Shown: positions 17,358 to 29,357, counted from the stretch's first letter. The stretch: DNA of 64,000 nt from Actinomycetota bacterium (GCA_029978705.1 JAPOIY010000001.1:96382-160381), one strand, 5' to 3'. Made by a program: numbers and translations. The notes: a model not told the origin generated them from the letters alone.

Positions 17358-20057
17358 GTGTCCACCCCACGTCGCCTCGTGATCGTCGAATCCCCGGCGA
17401 AGGCCCGCATCATCCAGGGCTACCTCGGTCCGGGGTACGAGGTGAAGTCGTCGGTCGGCCACATCCGGGACCTGCCCCACAACGCCGGCGACGTCCCGGA
17501 CAAGTACCGCGGGACCGCGTGGGCGAAGACCGGTGTCGACGTCGACAACGAGTTCGCCCCCATGTATGTGGTGGCGTCCGCCAAGAAGCCCCTGGTCCGG
17601 GAACTGAAGAAGGCCCTCTCCGGGGCGGACGAACTCCTCCTCGCCACTGACGAGGACCGCGAAGGGGAGGCCATCGCCTGGCATCTCGTCCAGGTCCTCC
17701 AGCCCAAGATCCCCTACCGCCGGATGGTCTTCCACGAGATCACCAAGGACGCGATCCAGGAGGCTGCGCAGACCACGCGCGAACTCAACACCGACCTCGT
17801 GGACGCCCAGGAGACGCGGCGCATCGTCGACCGGCTGTTCGGCTACGAGATCTCGCCCGTGTTGTGGCGGCGCGTCGCCCCCAAACTGTCGGCGGGCCGG
17901 GTGCAGTCCGTAGCCCTCCGACTCATCGTCGAGCGGGAGCGGGAGCGTATCGCCTTCCGCTCGGCCTCGTACTGCGACGTCCGCGGCTCCTTCACTCCGG
18001 GCCCCTTCACGGCGCGCCTCACGAAGGTCGACGGACGGCGCATCGCCGGCGGCAAGGACTTCGACGACACCGGGACGCTCACGAGCGCCGACGTCCTGCT
18101 GCTCGACGAGGTGGCCGCCGCATCCCTCACCGACGCCCTCGCCGGGCGGCCGTTCACCGTCGCCGCGGTCGAGCAGCGGCCCAGCCCCCGCCGCCCCGCC
18201 GCGCCCTTCATGACCTCGACCCTGCAGCAGGAGGCGGGGCGCCGGCTGCGGTGGACCGCCAAGCGCGTGATGGACGTGGCCCAGCGGCTGTACGAGACCG
18301 GCTACATCACCTATATGCGCACGGACTCCACGACGCTGTCGGCCCAGGCCCTCACCGCCGCCCGCGACCAGGCCCGTTCCCTCTACGGCGCCGACCACGT
18401 GCCGAACACCCCCCGCCGCTACGACCGCAAGGTGAAGAACGCCCAGGAGGCGCACGAGGCGATCCGCCCGGCCGGCCACCAGTTCCGCACCCCCGGCCAG
18501 GTCTCCGGACAGTTGAGCCGCGACGAGTTCCTGCTGTACGAGTTGGTCTGGAAGCGCACGCTCGCCTCCCAGATGGCGGACGCGAAGGTCGCCACCACGA
18601 CATTGCGGCTGCAGGCCACCACGGCGGACGACCGGGCCGCGGAGTTCTCCGCGTCCGGCACGGTCGTCGTCTTCCCGGGCTTCCTGGCCGCCTACGCCGA
18701 CGTGACCGACGACTCCGCCAAGGACTCCGACTCCAAGTTGCCGGCGCTCAAGGAGGGCGAGGCGGTGACGGCGACCGAACTGCTCGCCGAGCCGCACGCC
18801 ACCAACCCCCCGCCCCGGTACACCGAGGGCACGCTGACGAAGAAGTTGGAGGACATGGGCATCGGCCGCCCGTCGACCTTCGCCACCATCGCCAACACCC
18901 TCATCGACCGCGAGTACGTGTGGCGGCGGGGCAGCGCCCTCATCCCCGCGTTCCTGGGTATGACCGTGGTCCGCCTGCTCGAGGACCACTTCACCGCCCT
19001 CGTCGACTACTCCTTCACCGCCCAGATGGAGGAAGTCCTCGACGCGATCGCCAGCGGGGACGACTCCCGGCTGCAGGCCCTGGACCGCTTCTACCGCGGC
19101 GATGGGGGCTTCGAAGGGCTGCGCACCCTGATCGACAAGGGCGGGGACAACATCGACGCCCGGGCGCTGTCGACCTTCCCGATCGCGGACTCCGAAGCCG
19201 TGGTCCGCGTCGGCAAGTACGGCCCCTACCTGCAGCAGGGGGAGGACGACCGCATCAACTTCCCGCCCGACCTGGCGCCGGACGAACTGACGGGCGAGAA
19301 GGTCGCCGAGTTGTACGCCGCTCCCCGCGGGGACCGCGAACTGGGCCCCGACCCCGACAGCGGCCACCTGATCGTGGTCAAGAACGGCCGCTTCGGCCCC
19401 TACGTGACCGAGGTGCTGCCCGAGGAGGAGGGGAAGAGCCGCGGCAAGGCCAAACCCCGCACCGCCTCCCTGTTCAAGGACATGGACCCCACGACTGTCG
19501 AGTTGGCCGACGCTTTGAAGCTGCTCTCGCTGCCCCGCGAGATCGGCCCCGACCCCGCCGACGGCGAACCGATCTACGCCCTCAACGGCCGCTACGGCCC
19601 CTACATCAAGAAGGGCTCCGAGAGTCGATCGCTGGCGGACGAGGCCCAGCTGTTCACCGTGACGGTGACCGAGGCGCTGAAACTGCTGGCCGAGCCGGCG
19701 CGGCGCCGCGGCCAACGGGCTCCCGCGGGCCCGCTGCGGGAACTGGGCAACGACCCCGTCTCCGGAAACCCGATCGTCGTCAAGGACGGCCGCTTCGGGC
19801 CGTACGTCACCGACGGGGAGTACAACGCCACCATTCCGCGCGCCGAGAAGGCGGAGGAGATCAGCCTGGAGCGGGCGTCCGACCTCCTCGTCGAGCGGCG
19901 GGCCAAGGGGCCGGCCAAGAAGTCGCGCAAGAGCCCGGCGAAGAAGTCGGGCACCCGCAAGAGCACGGCCAAGAAGACCGCCAAGAGCACTTCCAAGAAA
20001 ACCGCCGCCAAGAAGACCGCCGCCAAGAAGGTCACCGCCGCCACAGGAGCGCCATGA
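17358..20057 (+). CDS. topA: DNA topoisomerase I
   Basis: [42 protein letters not shown], Topo_C repeats GRFGPY, Lys-rich tail. Confidence 0.98.
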   Translation: MSTPRRLVIVESPAKARIIQGYLGPGYEVKSSVGHIRDLPHNAGDVPDKYRGTAWAKTGVDVDNEFAPMYVVASAKKPLVRELKKALSGADELLLATDEDREGEAIAWHLVQVLQPKIPYRRMVFHEITKDAIQEAAQTTRELNTDLVDAQETRRIVDRLFGYEISPVLWRRVAPKLSAGRVQSVALRLIVERERERIAFRSASYCDVRGSFTPGPFTARLTKVDGRRIAGGKDFDDTGTLTSADVLLLDEVAAASLTDALAGRPFTVAAVEQRPSPRRPAAPFMTSTLQQEAGRRLRWTAKRVMDVAQRLYETGYITYMRTDSTTLSAQALTAARDQARSLYGADHVPNTPRRYDRKVKNAQEAHEAIRPAGHQFRTPGQVSGQLSRDEFLLYELVWKRTLASQMADAKVATTTLRLQATTADDRAAEFSASGTVVVFPGFLAAYADVTDDSAKDSDSKLPALKEGEAVTATELLAEPHATNPPPRYTEGTLTKKLEDMGIGRPSTFATIANTLIDREYVWRRGSALIPAFLGMTVVRLLEDHFTALVDYSFTAQMEEVLDAIASGDDSRLQALDRFYRGDGGFEGLRTLIDKGGDNIDARALSTFPIADSEAVVRVGKYGPYLQQGEDDRINFPPDLAPDELTGEKVAELYAAPRGDRELGPDPDSGHLIVVKNGRFGPYVTEVLPEEEGKSRGKAKPRTASLFKDMDPTTVELADALKLLSLPREIGPDPADGEPIYALNGRYGPYIKKGSESRSLADEAQLFTVTVTEALKLLAEPARRRGQRAPAGPLRELGNDPVSGNPIVVKDGRFGPYVTDGEYNATIPRAEKAEEISLERASDLLVERRAKGPAKKSRKSPAKKSGTRKSTAKKTAKSTSKKTAAKKTAAKKVTAATGAP

Positions 20058-20986
20058 GGATCGCAGACGACATCACCCAACTGGTCGGAGGCACCCCGCT
20101 GGTGCGCCTGCGCGGGGTCAGTGAGGAGACCGGTGCCGACGTTGTCGCCAAACTGGAGTTCTTCAACCCGGCCCACTCGGTGAAGGACCGGATCGGTGTG
20201 GCCATGATCGACGCGGCCGAGCAGGCCGGCGTGCTCGCTCCCGGCGGCACGGTCATCGAACCCACCTCCGGCAACACGGGGATCGCCCTGGCCATGGTCT
20301 GCGCCGCCCGCGGCTATCACCTGGTGATCACCATGCCGGAGACGATGAGCAAGGAGCGGCGAGCTCTCCTGCGGGCCTACGGCGCCGAACTGATCCTCAC
20401 CCCCGGACCGGACGGCATGGGCGGCGCGATCGGCAAGGCCACGGACCTGGTCGCCGAGCATCCCGACTGGGTGCTGCTGCAGCAGTTCGCCAACCCCGCC
20501 AACCCGGCGATCCACCGGGCCACGACCGCCGAGGAGATCTGGACCGACACCGACGGTGAGGTCGACATCCTGATCTCCGGCGTCGGCACCGGAGGGACAG
20601 TCACCGGAGTCGGCCAGGTGCTCAAGGAGCGCAAACCCGGCGTGCAGGTCGTTGCGGTGGAGCCCGAGGCGTCGCCCGTGTTGTCGGGCGGCCAGAAGGG
20701 ACCTCACCCGATCCAGGGCATCGGGGCGGGATTCGTGCCCGACATCCTCGACACCGGCGTGTACGACGAGGTGGTGCAGGTGCCGGCGGAAGAGGCCATG
20801 TCCACGGCCCGCGCGATCGCCCGGGATGAGGGACTGCTCGTCGGGATCTCCTCCGGTGCCGCGATCTACGCCGCGCGGCAGGTCGCCGGGCGTCCCGAGA
20901 ATGCCGGCAAGCTGATCGTCGTCATCATCCCCTCGTTCGGCGAGCGCTACCTCAGCACGGCGCTGTTCGCCGACGTGATGGACTGA
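20054..20986 (+). CDS. cysK: Cysteine synthase A
   Basis: ATGA overlap with topA; [39 protein letters not shown]. Confidence 0.96.
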   Translation: MRIADDITQLVGGTPLVRLRGVSEETGADVVAKLEFFNPAHSVKDRIGVAMIDAAEQAGVLAPGGTVIEPTSGNTGIALAMVCAARGYHLVITMPETMSKERRALLRAYGAELILTPGPDGMGGAIGKATDLVAEHPDWVLLQQFANPANPAIHRATTAEEIWTDTDGEVDILISGVGTGGTVTGVGQVLKERKPGVQVVAVEPEASPVLSGGQKGPHPIQGIGAGFVPDILDTGVYDEVVQVPAEEAMSTARAIARDEGLLVGISSGAAIYAARQVAGRPENAGKLIVVIIPSFGERYLSTALFADVMD

Positions 20987-21687
20987 TGTCCCGTTGGGGG
21001 GAGGACCTCACCACGGTCCTCGAGCGGGATCCCGCCACTCGGACCAGGACTGAGGCGTTCCTGGCCAGCCCCGGGCTGCATGCGCTGTGGAGCCATCGCA
21101 TCGCCAGCTGGATCTGGCGGCACCGCATGCGTACCTTCGCGCGCTGGTGGGCGCAGATGGCGCGGTTCTTCACCGGTGTGGAGATCCACCCCGCGGCCAC
21201 GATCGGCCGACGCGTCTTCATCGACCACGGCATGGGAGTCGTCATCGGCGAGACCGCGGTGGTGGGTGACTGCTGCACGATCTACCAGGGAGTCACCCTG
21301 GGTGGCACGAGCCTGAAGAAGGAGAAGCGGCACCCCACCCTGCAAGACAATGTGGTGGTGGGCGCCGGGGCCAAGGTGCTCGGCAACATCACCGTGGGCG
21401 CCAACGCCCGGGTCGGGGCCAACGCCGTGGTCCTGCACGACGTTCCGCCCGGCACCGTCGTCGTGGGGGTCCCCGGGCAGGTCGTCAGCCGACGCGACCC
21501 CGACGCCCTGCCCGTGTCCGAGCGGGAGAATGACGTCCCCGACGCGCTCGGTGCCGCCGTGGTGTCCCTCCTCACCCGCGTGGAGGTGCTGGAGCGGTCC
21601 TCCGGCCACGTGGGGCAGGGTCCGCACGCCCCGGAGCACGGGGTCTGGCGCGGCGAGGACTTCGACGTCGCGGACTACGTCATCTGA
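20986..21687 (+). CDS. cysE: Serine O-acetyltransferase
   Basis: [35 protein letters not shown] hexapeptide repeats. Confidence 0.95.
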   Translation: MSRWGEDLTTVLERDPATRTRTEAFLASPGLHALWSHRIASWIWRHRMRTFARWWAQMARFFTGVEIHPAATIGRRVFIDHGMGVVIGETAVVGDCCTIYQGVTLGGTSLKKEKRHPTLQDNVVVGAGAKVLGNITVGANARVGANAVVLHDVPPGTVVVGVPGQVVSRRDPDALPVSERENDVPDALGAAVVSLLTRVEVLERSSGHVGQGPHAPEHGVWRGEDFDVADYVI

Positions 21688-21739
21688 TCGGTGCGTCCGT
21701 CGTCCCCGGCCCGTCAGAGGCGTGTCATAGGCTCACGAT

Positions 21740-22366
21740 GTGGCTGACGGACGGTTCATCGTGTTCGAGGGCGGCGAGGGTGGCGGCAAGTCCACCCAAC
21801 AACGTCTCCTCGCGGACCGTCTGCGGGGCCTCGGCCGAGAGGTCGTGGTGACGCGGGAGCCGGGCGGCTCGCCACGCGCCGAGCAGATCCGGCGCCTCCT
21901 GCTCGCCGCCGATTCCGGCGACCTGGATCCGCGGTGTGAGGCGCTCCTGTTCGCCGCCGCCCGCGCTGATCACGCCACCCACGTGATCCGGCCGGCCCTG
22001 GCGCGGGGCGCCGTGGTGGTGTCCGACCGGTACCTCGACTCGTCCGTGGCCTACCAGGGGGTCGCCCGCGGGTTGGGAGCCGAGCGGATCCGCGAACTGA
22101 GCGAATGGGCCACCGACGGTCTGCAGCCGGATCTCACGCTGGTTCTGGACATCGACCCGCGGGTGGGACTGGCACGGGCGCAGGACACGAACCGCCTCGA
22201 AGCGGAGAGCCTGGCCTTCCACGATGCCGTACGCGCCGCGTTCCTCGGGTTCGCCGCGGCTGACCCGCACCGGGTCCGGGTGGTGGCGGCCGACCGGCCC
22301 GTCCCTGCCGTCGCCGCCGACGTGATGGCAGCGGTCACCGCCGTGCTCGGGGAGGGGGGGCCGTGA
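21740..22366 (+). CDS. tmk: Thymidylate kinase
   Basis: FEGGEGGGKST, TREPGG, DRYLDSSVAYQG; TAGGCT-N6-GTG. Confidence 0.96.
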   Translation: MADGRFIVFEGGEGGGKSTQQRLLADRLRGLGREVVVTREPGGSPRAEQIRRLLLAADSGDLDPRCEALLFAAARADHATHVIRPALARGAVVVSDRYLDSSVAYQGVARGLGAERIRELSEWATDGLQPDLTLVLDIDPRVGLARAQDTNRLEAESLAFHDAVRAAFLGFAAADPHRVRVVAADRPVPAVAADVMAAVTAVLGEGGP

Positions 22367-23547
22367 GCGTCTGGCTCGACGTCGTGGGTCAGCCGGCCGC
22401 GGTTGCGCAATTCGAGGCGGCTGCGGCGGCAGCCCACGGCCACGGACCTGCCCTCGGGATGACCCACGCGTGGCTGGTCACCGGTCCGCCCGGCTCGGGT
22501 CGTTCGACCGCGGCCGTCGCCTTCGCCGCCGCCCTCGTCTGCCCGCAGGAGGGCTGCGCGGAGTGCACTGCCTGCCGGTCGGTGCGCGCCGGCAGCCACC
22601 CGGACGTCACCGTGGTCCGGTCCACCACGCTGTCCCACGGCAAGGAGCAGACGAAGGCCCTCGTCCTGGCGGCGTCGGGCAACCCCGTGACCGCGCCCTG
22701 GCGGGTCATGGTGATCGAGGACGCCGACCGGCTGACGGAAGCGGCGGCCAACACGCTGCTGAAGGCGATCGAGGAACCGGCGCCGGCGACGGTGTGGGTC
22801 CTCTGTGCGCCGAGCACCGAGGATCTGCTGCCGACCATCCGGTCCCGGACCCGGCATGTGGCCCTGCGGGTGCCACCCCCCGCGGCTGTGGCCGCCCTGC
22901 TGGAGCGGGAGGGGGTCGATTCGGCCATGGCCTCCTTCGCCGCGCACGCCTCCCAGGGCCATATCGGCCGGGCGCGCGCCCTGGCCACCGACGAGGAGAC
23001 GCGGTCCCGGCGGGCCCAGATCCTCAAGATCCCCCGGCTCATGACGGGCATCACCGACGCCTACGGCATGGCGCACGACCTGCGCAAGGTGGCGGAGGAG
23101 GACGCCAAGGGCCGGACCCGGCAACTGGACGAGACCGAGAACGCCGAGATGCTCGCGGCCTACGGTCAGGGTGCGGAGGGGATCTCGGCGGGCCGGGTGA
23201 AGGCCCTGGCCGGACGGTCGCTGTCCGAACTCGCCAAGACCCAGACCCAACGGGCCGCCCGGTCGGTCCGCGACGAACTGGACCGGTATTTCGTGGACTT
23301 CCTGGGGTTCTACCGGGACGTGCTGACCGTCCAGTTGGGCGTCGACCAGCCTCTGATCAACATTGACGTCCGACCCGCGGTCGAGCAGGCGGCGCAGGCC
23401 GGCGACAGCGGCGACACGATGAAACGGATCGACGCGATCACCGCGGCCCGGGCACAGCTGGCGGGCAACGTGCCACCGGCCCTGGTGTGCGAGTCCCTGA
23501 TGGTGCAGTTGCTGCACCCGGTGAGCGGGTCAGGCGTAGTGCGCTGA
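22363..23547 (+). CDS. holB: DNA polymerase III subunit delta'
   Basis: THAWLVTGPPGSGRS, Zn-finger C..C..C..C, HPDV, AANTLLKAIEEP, TIRSR. Confidence 0.95.
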   Translation: MSVWLDVVGQPAAVAQFEAAAAAAHGHGPALGMTHAWLVTGPPGSGRSTAAVAFAAALVCPQEGCAECTACRSVRAGSHPDVTVVRSTTLSHGKEQTKALVLAASGNPVTAPWRVMVIEDADRLTEAAANTLLKAIEEPAPATVWVLCAPSTEDLLPTIRSRTRHVALRVPPPAAVAALLEREGVDSAMASFAAHASQGHIGRARALATDEETRSRRAQILKIPRLMTGITDAYGMAHDLRKVAEEDAKGRTRQLDETENAEMLAAYGQGAEGISAGRVKALAGRSLSELAKTQTQRAARSVRDELDRYFVDFLGFYRDVLTVQLGVDQPLINIDVRPAVEQAAQAGDSGDTMKRIDAITAARAQLAGNVPPALVCESLMVQLLHPVSGSGVVR

Positions 23548-24387
23548 GGCGGCGGCGACGTGCAGCCCCTCGGTGTAGGCCGCCAGTTCCCGCACCGTGA
23601 TGTCCAGCCGGTAGGACGGGGCGGCTGCCGGGTCCGGCGCTGACAGCATCTGCAGCGCCGCGTTCAGAAGCTCCTCGTACATGCCGACACCTTGTGCCAG
23701 GCGGATCCGGATCTCCTCTGCCGACGCCGCGGCGGTGGCGGCCGCCGGGGTCCCGAACATCTCGCCCTGGACGCGCGCGAGGACCGCCAGCCGCTCCACC
23801 AGCGCGGCGAGGGCGGGGGCGGCTTCGAAGTCGGTCCGCCGGATCTCGACCGCCGCCTCGCGGTGCAGCCCCTCGATCGTGGGGATCAGTTGGGCCAGTT
23901 GCACCCGGACCCGGTGCAGGTGCGCGGACTCGGCGGCACCCACGACGCCCGTTGGCAGGGGCCGGGGCGGCGGCGGGGGAGCGGTCGGGGGTAGGGGCTG
24001 GGCCATCTCTTCGGCCTTGCGCCGCGAGGTGCGGGCCGTGACCCCGGCGATGACCGCAGCCGGCGCCCCCAGCCAGAACCACGCATCCAGGCTGCCGCCG
24101 CCGACGGAGCCGACCAGATCCGCGGCGGCCACCGCTCCGGCGGCGATCGCGGTGGCGGTGGCGTAGCCGGCGCGGTTGCGCAGCCGGGTGACCCGGCTCT
24201 GGTAGCGCTGCGTCGCGCGGGCGTACTCCCGCTGCTGCCGCTCGTGCTCCAGGGCCATACGGTCGTGGGGGTTGCGGGGCTGCGGCGGACTGCGCCAGCC
24301 GTCCCGGAACGCGACGGCGTGAGCGGTCGCCTCAGCGATCCCGGAGGCGATCCGGGAGGTGAGGTCGGTCCGGTCGTTCCGCGCCAT
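23530..24387 (-). CDS. Membrane protein resembling PspM (Rv2743c-like envelope stress protein)
   Basis: Two TMs, Pro-rich linker (PPPPRPLP), helical C-terminal domain ending RLAQGVGMYEELLNAA...ELAAYTEGL; TACCGT-N6-ATG. Confidence 0.55.
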   Translation of the reverse strand: MARNDRTDLTSRIASGIAEATAHAVAFRDGWRSPPQPRNPHDRMALEHERQQREYARATQRYQSRVTRLRNRAGYATATAIAAGAVAAADLVGSVGGGSLDAWFWLGAPAAVIAGVTARTSRRKAEEMAQPLPPTAPPPPPRPLPTGVVGAAESAHLHRVRVQLAQLIPTIEGLHREAAVEIRRTDFEAAPALAALVERLAVLARVQGEMFGTPAAATAAASAEEIRIRLAQGVGMYEELLNAALQMLSAPDPAAAPSYRLDITVRELAAYTEGLHVAAASAHYA

Positions 24388-24475
24388 TCTTCTACGGTAA
24401 GCGACGGGCCCACCCTTGGCGAGTCACTTGCCGTCGCTCCGGCCGCGTACAGTCGGGGCAACCGGAGGGACGGGG

Positions 24476-25999
24476 ATGGGTGCAGCGACAACATGGCGCC
24501 GGGTCGGCCCGGTGGTGCTCGTCGTAGCCCTGGCGGGATGCGCCGGCACCACCCCCTCTCCGCCACCCGCCGCGACGGAGCCGGTCCCGACGCAACAGGG
24601 CCTGGCGGCCTACTACGGGCAGCAGTTGCAGTGGCGGGAATGCGAAGGCTCGTTCGAGTGCGCCGATCTGACCGTGCCCCTGGACTACGCCGACCCGGCG
24701 GCGGGGGACACCAGCGTTGCCGTGCTGCGCAGCCCGGGGGAGAAACCCCTCGGCCCCCTCGTGATCAACCCCGGAGGTCCCGGCGGGAGCGGCGTCGACT
24801 GGGCCCAGGCGGCCCAACAGGTCCTGCCGGGAGACGTCACCGACGCCTACCAGGTGGTGGGCTTCGACCCGCGCGGGGTCGGGCGCAGTCACCCCGTGGA
24901 CTGCGTCACCGACCGCCAGCTCGACCGGTGGATCGCCCAGGACGGCGACCCCACCACCACCGCCGAGGAGGACCAGTTCCTGCGGGTGGCCGCCCGCTTC
25001 GCGAAGCGGTGCGCCCGGGGGTCGGGAGAGATACTGGGTCACGTCGGCACCGACTCGGTCGTGTCCGACCTCGACATCCTGCGCAGCGCCCTGGGCACTG
25101 ACCGCCTCAACTACCTCGGCTTCTCCTACGGGACCACGATCGGGGCCCGGTACGCCGACCAGTTCGGTCCGACGACGGGGCGCATGGTGCTCGACGGGGC
25201 CCTCCCGCCCCAACTGACCAGTGCCGAGGTCGGACTCGGCCAGGCCAAGGGGTTCGAGGACGCCCTGCGCCGGTACGTGGCCGACTGCCAGCGCAGCGAC
25301 GACTGTCCCGTGGCGGGGGCCGACGTCGACGCCGGTGTGGCCCGCATCCAGCAGTTCCTCGCCGACGTGTCCGAGAATCCCCTGCCCACCGACTCCGGAC
25401 GGGGCCTGAACGAGTCGCTGGCGCTGGGCGCCATCCTCTACCACCTGTACTTCCCGTTCCTGGGGGACTGGCAGTCGCTCTCCGACGAGCTGAAGGACGC
25501 ATTCGCCGGCGACGGCACCGCGCTCCTGGACTTCTACGAGTCGCGCCTCGAACGCGACCCCGACGGGCGCTACCGCAACAACTCCCAGGAGGCGTTCTTC
25601 GCCGTCAACTGCCTCGACACCGACGAACGTCCGACGGTTGCCGATCTACGCGCCCGCGCCGAGGACTGGGCTCAAGAGGCCCCCACGTTCGGCCGATATC
25701 TAGCGTGGTCGGAAGCAGCATGCTCGCGCTGGCCCGTCGCGGCCGAGGGGGGACCGCGTCAGGTCACGGCGTCCGAGGCCGGGCCCATCCTGGTCATCGG
25801 CAACACCCATGACCCGGCGACGCCGTTGCCGTGGGCACAGCTGGTGACCGATCACATGGCAGACGCACACCTCGTGATCTGGGATTCGGATGGACATACG
25901 GCGTACGGGAACGGCTCGGACTGCGTCGACGACGCGGTCGGGGCCTACCTGCTCGACGGCGCTCTCCCGGCGGACAACCCGCTGCTGTGTCCCGCCTAG
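24476..25999 (+). CDS. Lipoprotein alpha/beta hydrolase (TAP-like / Hip1-type protease)
   Basis: Lipobox LAGC, NPGGPGGSG, FDPRGVG, GFSYGT, DPATP, GHTAY. Confidence 0.92.
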   Translation: MGAATTWRRVGPVVLVVALAGCAGTTPSPPPAATEPVPTQQGLAAYYGQQLQWRECEGSFECADLTVPLDYADPAAGDTSVAVLRSPGEKPLGPLVINPGGPGGSGVDWAQAAQQVLPGDVTDAYQVVGFDPRGVGRSHPVDCVTDRQLDRWIAQDGDPTTTAEEDQFLRVAARFAKRCARGSGEILGHVGTDSVVSDLDILRSALGTDRLNYLGFSYGTTIGARYADQFGPTTGRMVLDGALPPQLTSAEVGLGQAKGFEDALRRYVADCQRSDDCPVAGADVDAGVARIQQFLADVSENPLPTDSGRGLNESLALGAILYHLYFPFLGDWQSLSDELKDAFAGDGTALLDFYESRLERDPDGRYRNNSQEAFFAVNCLDTDERPTVADLRARAEDWAQEAPTFGRYLAWSEAACSRWPVAAEGGPRQVTASEAGPILVIGNTHDPATPLPWAQLVTDHMADAHLVIWDSDGHTAYGNGSDCVDDAVGAYLLDGALPADNPLLCPA

Positions 26000-26008
26000 T
26001 CGCGGCGT

Positions 26009-26036
26009 GTCGCATCAGAGTCACGTCAACTTCGCG
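26009..26036 (+). promoter_or_regulatory. 11-bp phased direct repeats (MtrA/OmpR-type box candidate)
   Basis: GTCGCA 26009, GTCACG 26020, TTCGCG 26031, upstream of the NlpC/P60 gene. Confidence 0.4.
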
Positions 26037-26092
26037 GTAATTTCCCAAGCACCCCCGCGCCGTCCAGTGAACGCGCCTAACATGGGGGCGCA

Positions 26093-27901
26093 ATGACGAG
26101 CTATTCGCGCACGCTGGTGGGCGCCCTTCTCCTGGCTCTGTCGTCAACAGCGGTGACGACGGCCGCGTCCGCCGCGCCACTTCCCGCCGCGGACCCGTCC
26201 GCCAGCCCCAGCGCGGACCCCCTGGCCGCCCAGATCGCCGAGACCACCGGGCAGCTGCAGACCGACCTGACCGACATGCGCGCTCAGCAGGACGCTGCCG
26301 AGGCCCGCTACGAGGCGGCCCGCGCCAAGGCGCTGCGGCTGCAACAGCTCGTCGAGGAGAACCAGGCCGCGGCCGACGATGCCCGGCTGGTGGTCGGTCA
26401 GTACGCCCGGTCCATCTACATGAACGGGTCCACCGATCTCAGCGTGCTGGCGTCCATGATCGACACCCAGAACCCCAGCGACCTGATGAGCCGCGCCGAC
26501 GAGGCCCTCCGCGTCGGCGACCGCAAGGACGATCAGTTCGATGACGCGGTGCGCGTCCTGAAACGCAACCAGGAGATCTCGGAACAGGCCGAGTCCGCGC
26601 GGGTCGCCGCCGAGGCGAGCCTCGAGTCGATCGAGAACCAGGTCGTGGGGCTGCAACGGCAACTGGCCGATGTCGCCACGAAGTGGGCCGACCACCTGGC
26701 CGGCGGCGGCGGGTTCCTGGACGCCGACCAGGCCAAGGCCAACAGTGCCGCCGCGGCCCAATGGGCCGAGTACCTGGGCCGGCTGGCGGACCTGCGCGCT
26801 CCCACGGCCTCCGTCGCAGAGGTGCTCAGCGGCAAACTGCCCGACGGGCTGTCGGCGAGTAAGGCCAACCCCGGGATCGCGACCTTCCGAGCGGACGGCA
26901 AGTCCCTGACGGTGCTGCCCGACCGCGTCATGGCCGCGGTGACGTACGCGGTGTCGACGCTGGGCACGCCGTACAAGTGGCACAGCAACTCCGGGTCCGA
27001 GATGGACTGCTCCTCGCTGGTGGACCGCGCCTGGAACATGCCATCCATCCCCAAGGGCGACCGCACCGACGAGCGGGACCTGGTCTCCGGCGGGGTCGCG
27101 GGGCTGGCGGCCAATATCCAGTTGATCCCCACCAAGCGGATGTCGGTGGGCGACGTCGTGTTCGTCACCGACGCGGGCCGCGGCGTGCATCATGCCGGGA
27201 TCGTCCTGGACGACGACACCATGATCGCGGGCGACGCGAAGACCGGCGCCGTCAACGCGGTGCCGATCCCCGAGGACCGCATCTGGCAGGTGGGACGGCT
27301 GTCGCTCAAGGAGCCCAAGCGCGGGAACTTCGTGCCGAAGGCGAGCAAGAAGCCGTTCCAGTGCGGTGCCGACCCCGCCGCGTTCATCATGATGCCGGAC
27401 GGCAAGGTCCTCGCCGACACCTCACTCTGCCCGCCCAAGCCCGAGGTCTTCGGCGAGGCGCACATGCAGCCCGCGGCCATCGTCGGGGGCCGCTGTGCGG
27501 CGACGCTGTGGCCGGCCATCCAGATCATCGGCGGCTGGCGCCCCAGCGACCCCTACCCCGATCACCCCTCGGGCCGGGCGACCGACATCATGATGCCGGA
27601 AGGGTGCGCGACCAGTGCCTCCAACCTGGCGCTGGGCACGTCCATTGCCGAGTTCTTCATGAGGAACCACACGAAGTTCCACGTGCAGTACATCATCTGG
27701 CAGCAGCGCATCTGGAACGCCGAGATCGAGGAGCCCAAGCCCGCCGGCGAGTGGCGGGGGATGTCGGACCGCGGCAGCTGCACCGCGAACCACCAGGACC
27801 ACGTTCACGTGTCCTTCATCGGGCCCAACGTGGCCCCCGATGTCCCGGCGGCCCCAGCCCCGGCTCCCACCACCGACAGTTCCTCGTCCCGGAAGAACTG
27901 A
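26093..27901 (+). CDS. Secreted coiled-coil NlpC/P60 peptidoglycan hydrolase with additional C-terminal His/Asp metallopeptidase-like domain
   Basis: Signal peptide, PcsB-like coiled coil, LGTPYKW...MDCSSLV...HAGI; C-terminal [11 protein letters not shown]...YIIWQQRIW...NHQDHVHVS. Confidence 0.85.
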   Translation: MTSYSRTLVGALLLALSSTAVTTAASAAPLPAADPSASPSADPLAAQIAETTGQLQTDLTDMRAQQDAAEARYEAARAKALRLQQLVEENQAAADDARLVVGQYARSIYMNGSTDLSVLASMIDTQNPSDLMSRADEALRVGDRKDDQFDDAVRVLKRNQEISEQAESARVAAEASLESIENQVVGLQRQLADVATKWADHLAGGGGFLDADQAKANSAAAAQWAEYLGRLADLRAPTASVAEVLSGKLPDGLSASKANPGIATFRADGKSLTVLPDRVMAAVTYAVSTLGTPYKWHSNSGSEMDCSSLVDRAWNMPSIPKGDRTDERDLVSGGVAGLAANIQLIPTKRMSVGDVVFVTDAGRGVHHAGIVLDDDTMIAGDAKTGAVNAVPIPEDRIWQVGRLSLKEPKRGNFVPKASKKPFQCGADPAAFIMMPDGKVLADTSLCPPKPEVFGEAHMQPAAIVGGRCAATLWPAIQIIGGWRPSDPYPDHPSGRATDIMMPEGCATSASNLALGTSIAEFFMRNHTKFHVQYIIWQQRIWNAEIEEPKPAGEWRGMSDRGSCTANHQDHVHVSFIGPNVAPDVPAAPAPAPTTDSSSSRKN

Positions 27902-27974
27902 GACCCCCGCCGTCGGGTCCGCCGGCGCGCCGGGTAGGTTGCCGGGGACGTTACCGACATCAGTGAGGGTGGTC

Positions 27975-29351
27975 ATGGACGACGAGGTGCGCCGGCACAA
28001 GTACACGCTCGATGAGGACCAGATGCCGACGGCCTGGTACAACATCATCCCCGATCTGCCGGCGCCTCCGCCGCCACCGCTGCACCCCGGGACGATGGAA
28101 CCGGTCGGCCCCGAGGACCTCGCCCCCCTGTTCCCCATGGCGCTGATCGAGCAGGAAGTCTCCGGGGAGCGCTACATCGACATCCCCGGCGGTGTCCTCG
28201 ACGTCTACCGGCAGTGGCGCCCCACGCCGCTGTTCCGGGCCCACCGTCTCGAGCAGGCGCTCGGCACCCCCGCCCGCATCTACTACAAGTACGAGGGCGT
28301 GTCCCCGGCCGGCTCCCACAAGCCGAACACGGCGGTGCCACAGGCCTACTACAACAAGGCCGAGGGCGTGAAGAAACTGACCACCGAGACCGGCGCCGGG
28401 CAGTGGGGCACGGCGCTGGCCTTCGCCACCGCGCTCTACGACATGGAGTGCGAGGTATGGCAGGTCGGCGCCTCGTACGACGCCAAGCCCTACCGCCGGC
28501 TCATGATCGAGGCCTTCGGCGGCCAGGTGCACCGCTCCCCCAGCGATCTGACCGAGGTCGGGCGGATGTTGGGCGCCAACCCGGCCAACGAGTCCGGCTC
28601 GCTGGGCATCGCCATCTCCGAGGCCGTCGAGGTGGCCGCGCAGAACCCCGACGTGCGCTACGCCCTCGGGTCGGTGCTGAACCACGTGCTGCTGCACCAG
28701 ACCGTCATCGGCGAAGAGGCGCTCTTGCAGCTGGAGCAGGCCGGGGACACCCCGACCCTGATCGTGGGCTGTACCGGCGGCGGGTCGAACTTCGCGGGCC
28801 TGTCGTTCCCGTTCCTGCGCGAGAAGATGGCGGGCAGGATCTCGCCATGGATCCTGGCCGCCGAGCCGGCGTCGTGCCCGTCGCTGACGCATGGCACCTA
28901 CGCCTACGACTTCGGCGACACCGCCGGCATGACGCCGCTGATGAAGATGCACACGCTGGGCCACGACTTCGTGCCCGACCCGATCCACGCCGGCGGACTG
29001 CGGTACCACGGCATGGCGCCGCTGATCTCCCATGTCTACGAGTTGGGACTCATGGACGCGGAGTCGGTGCCGCAGACCGAGTGCTTCGCCGCGGCCGTGC
29101 AGTTCGCGCGGACCGAGGGGATCGTCCCCGCGCCCGAGCCGACGCATGCGATCGCGCTGGCCATCCGGGAGGCGCTGAAGGCCAAGGAGACCGGGGAGGA
29201 GACGGTGATCCTGACCGCCCTGTGCGGTCACGGCCACTTCGACCTCGCGGCCTACGATGACTACCTCAACGGGCGGATGGTCGACGAAGCAGTGTCCGAC
29301 GAGCGGTTCGCCGCCGCGCTGGCGACCCTGCCCGAGGTCCCCGTCGGCTGA
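27975..29351 (+). CDS. trpB2: TrpB-like PLP enzyme (TrpB2)
   Basis: [55 protein letters not shown]. Confidence 0.95.
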   Translation: MDDEVRRHKYTLDEDQMPTAWYNIIPDLPAPPPPPLHPGTMEPVGPEDLAPLFPMALIEQEVSGERYIDIPGGVLDVYRQWRPTPLFRAHRLEQALGTPARIYYKYEGVSPAGSHKPNTAVPQAYYNKAEGVKKLTTETGAGQWGTALAFATALYDMECEVWQVGASYDAKPYRRLMIEAFGGQVHRSPSDLTEVGRMLGANPANESGSLGIAISEAVEVAAQNPDVRYALGSVLNHVLLHQTVIGEEALLQLEQAGDTPTLIVGCTGGGSNFAGLSFPFLREKMAGRISPWILAAEPASCPSLTHGTYAYDFGDTAGMTPLMKMHTLGHDFVPDPIHAGGLRYHGMAPLISHVYELGLMDAESVPQTECFAAAVQFARTEGIVPAPEPTHAIALAIREALKAKETGEETVILTALCGHGHFDLAAYDDYLNGRMVDEAVSDERFAAALATLPEVPVG

Positions 29352-29357
29352 AGCCAG

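Noticed and set aside
19910-20040. Low-complexity AAG/GCC repeats at the end of topA
   Set aside because: Encodes the known Lys-rich (AKK) tail of actinobacterial TopA
17864-20986. 1040-aa ORF suggesting a topA-cysK frameshift fusion
   Set aside because: Upstream part is an Arg/Pro-rich off-frame shadow of topA; cysK has its own AGGAG RBS and ATG at 20054
26000-26092. tRNA often found after the holB-hydrolase block
   Set aside because: No cloverleaf, T-loop GTTCRA or CCA end visible
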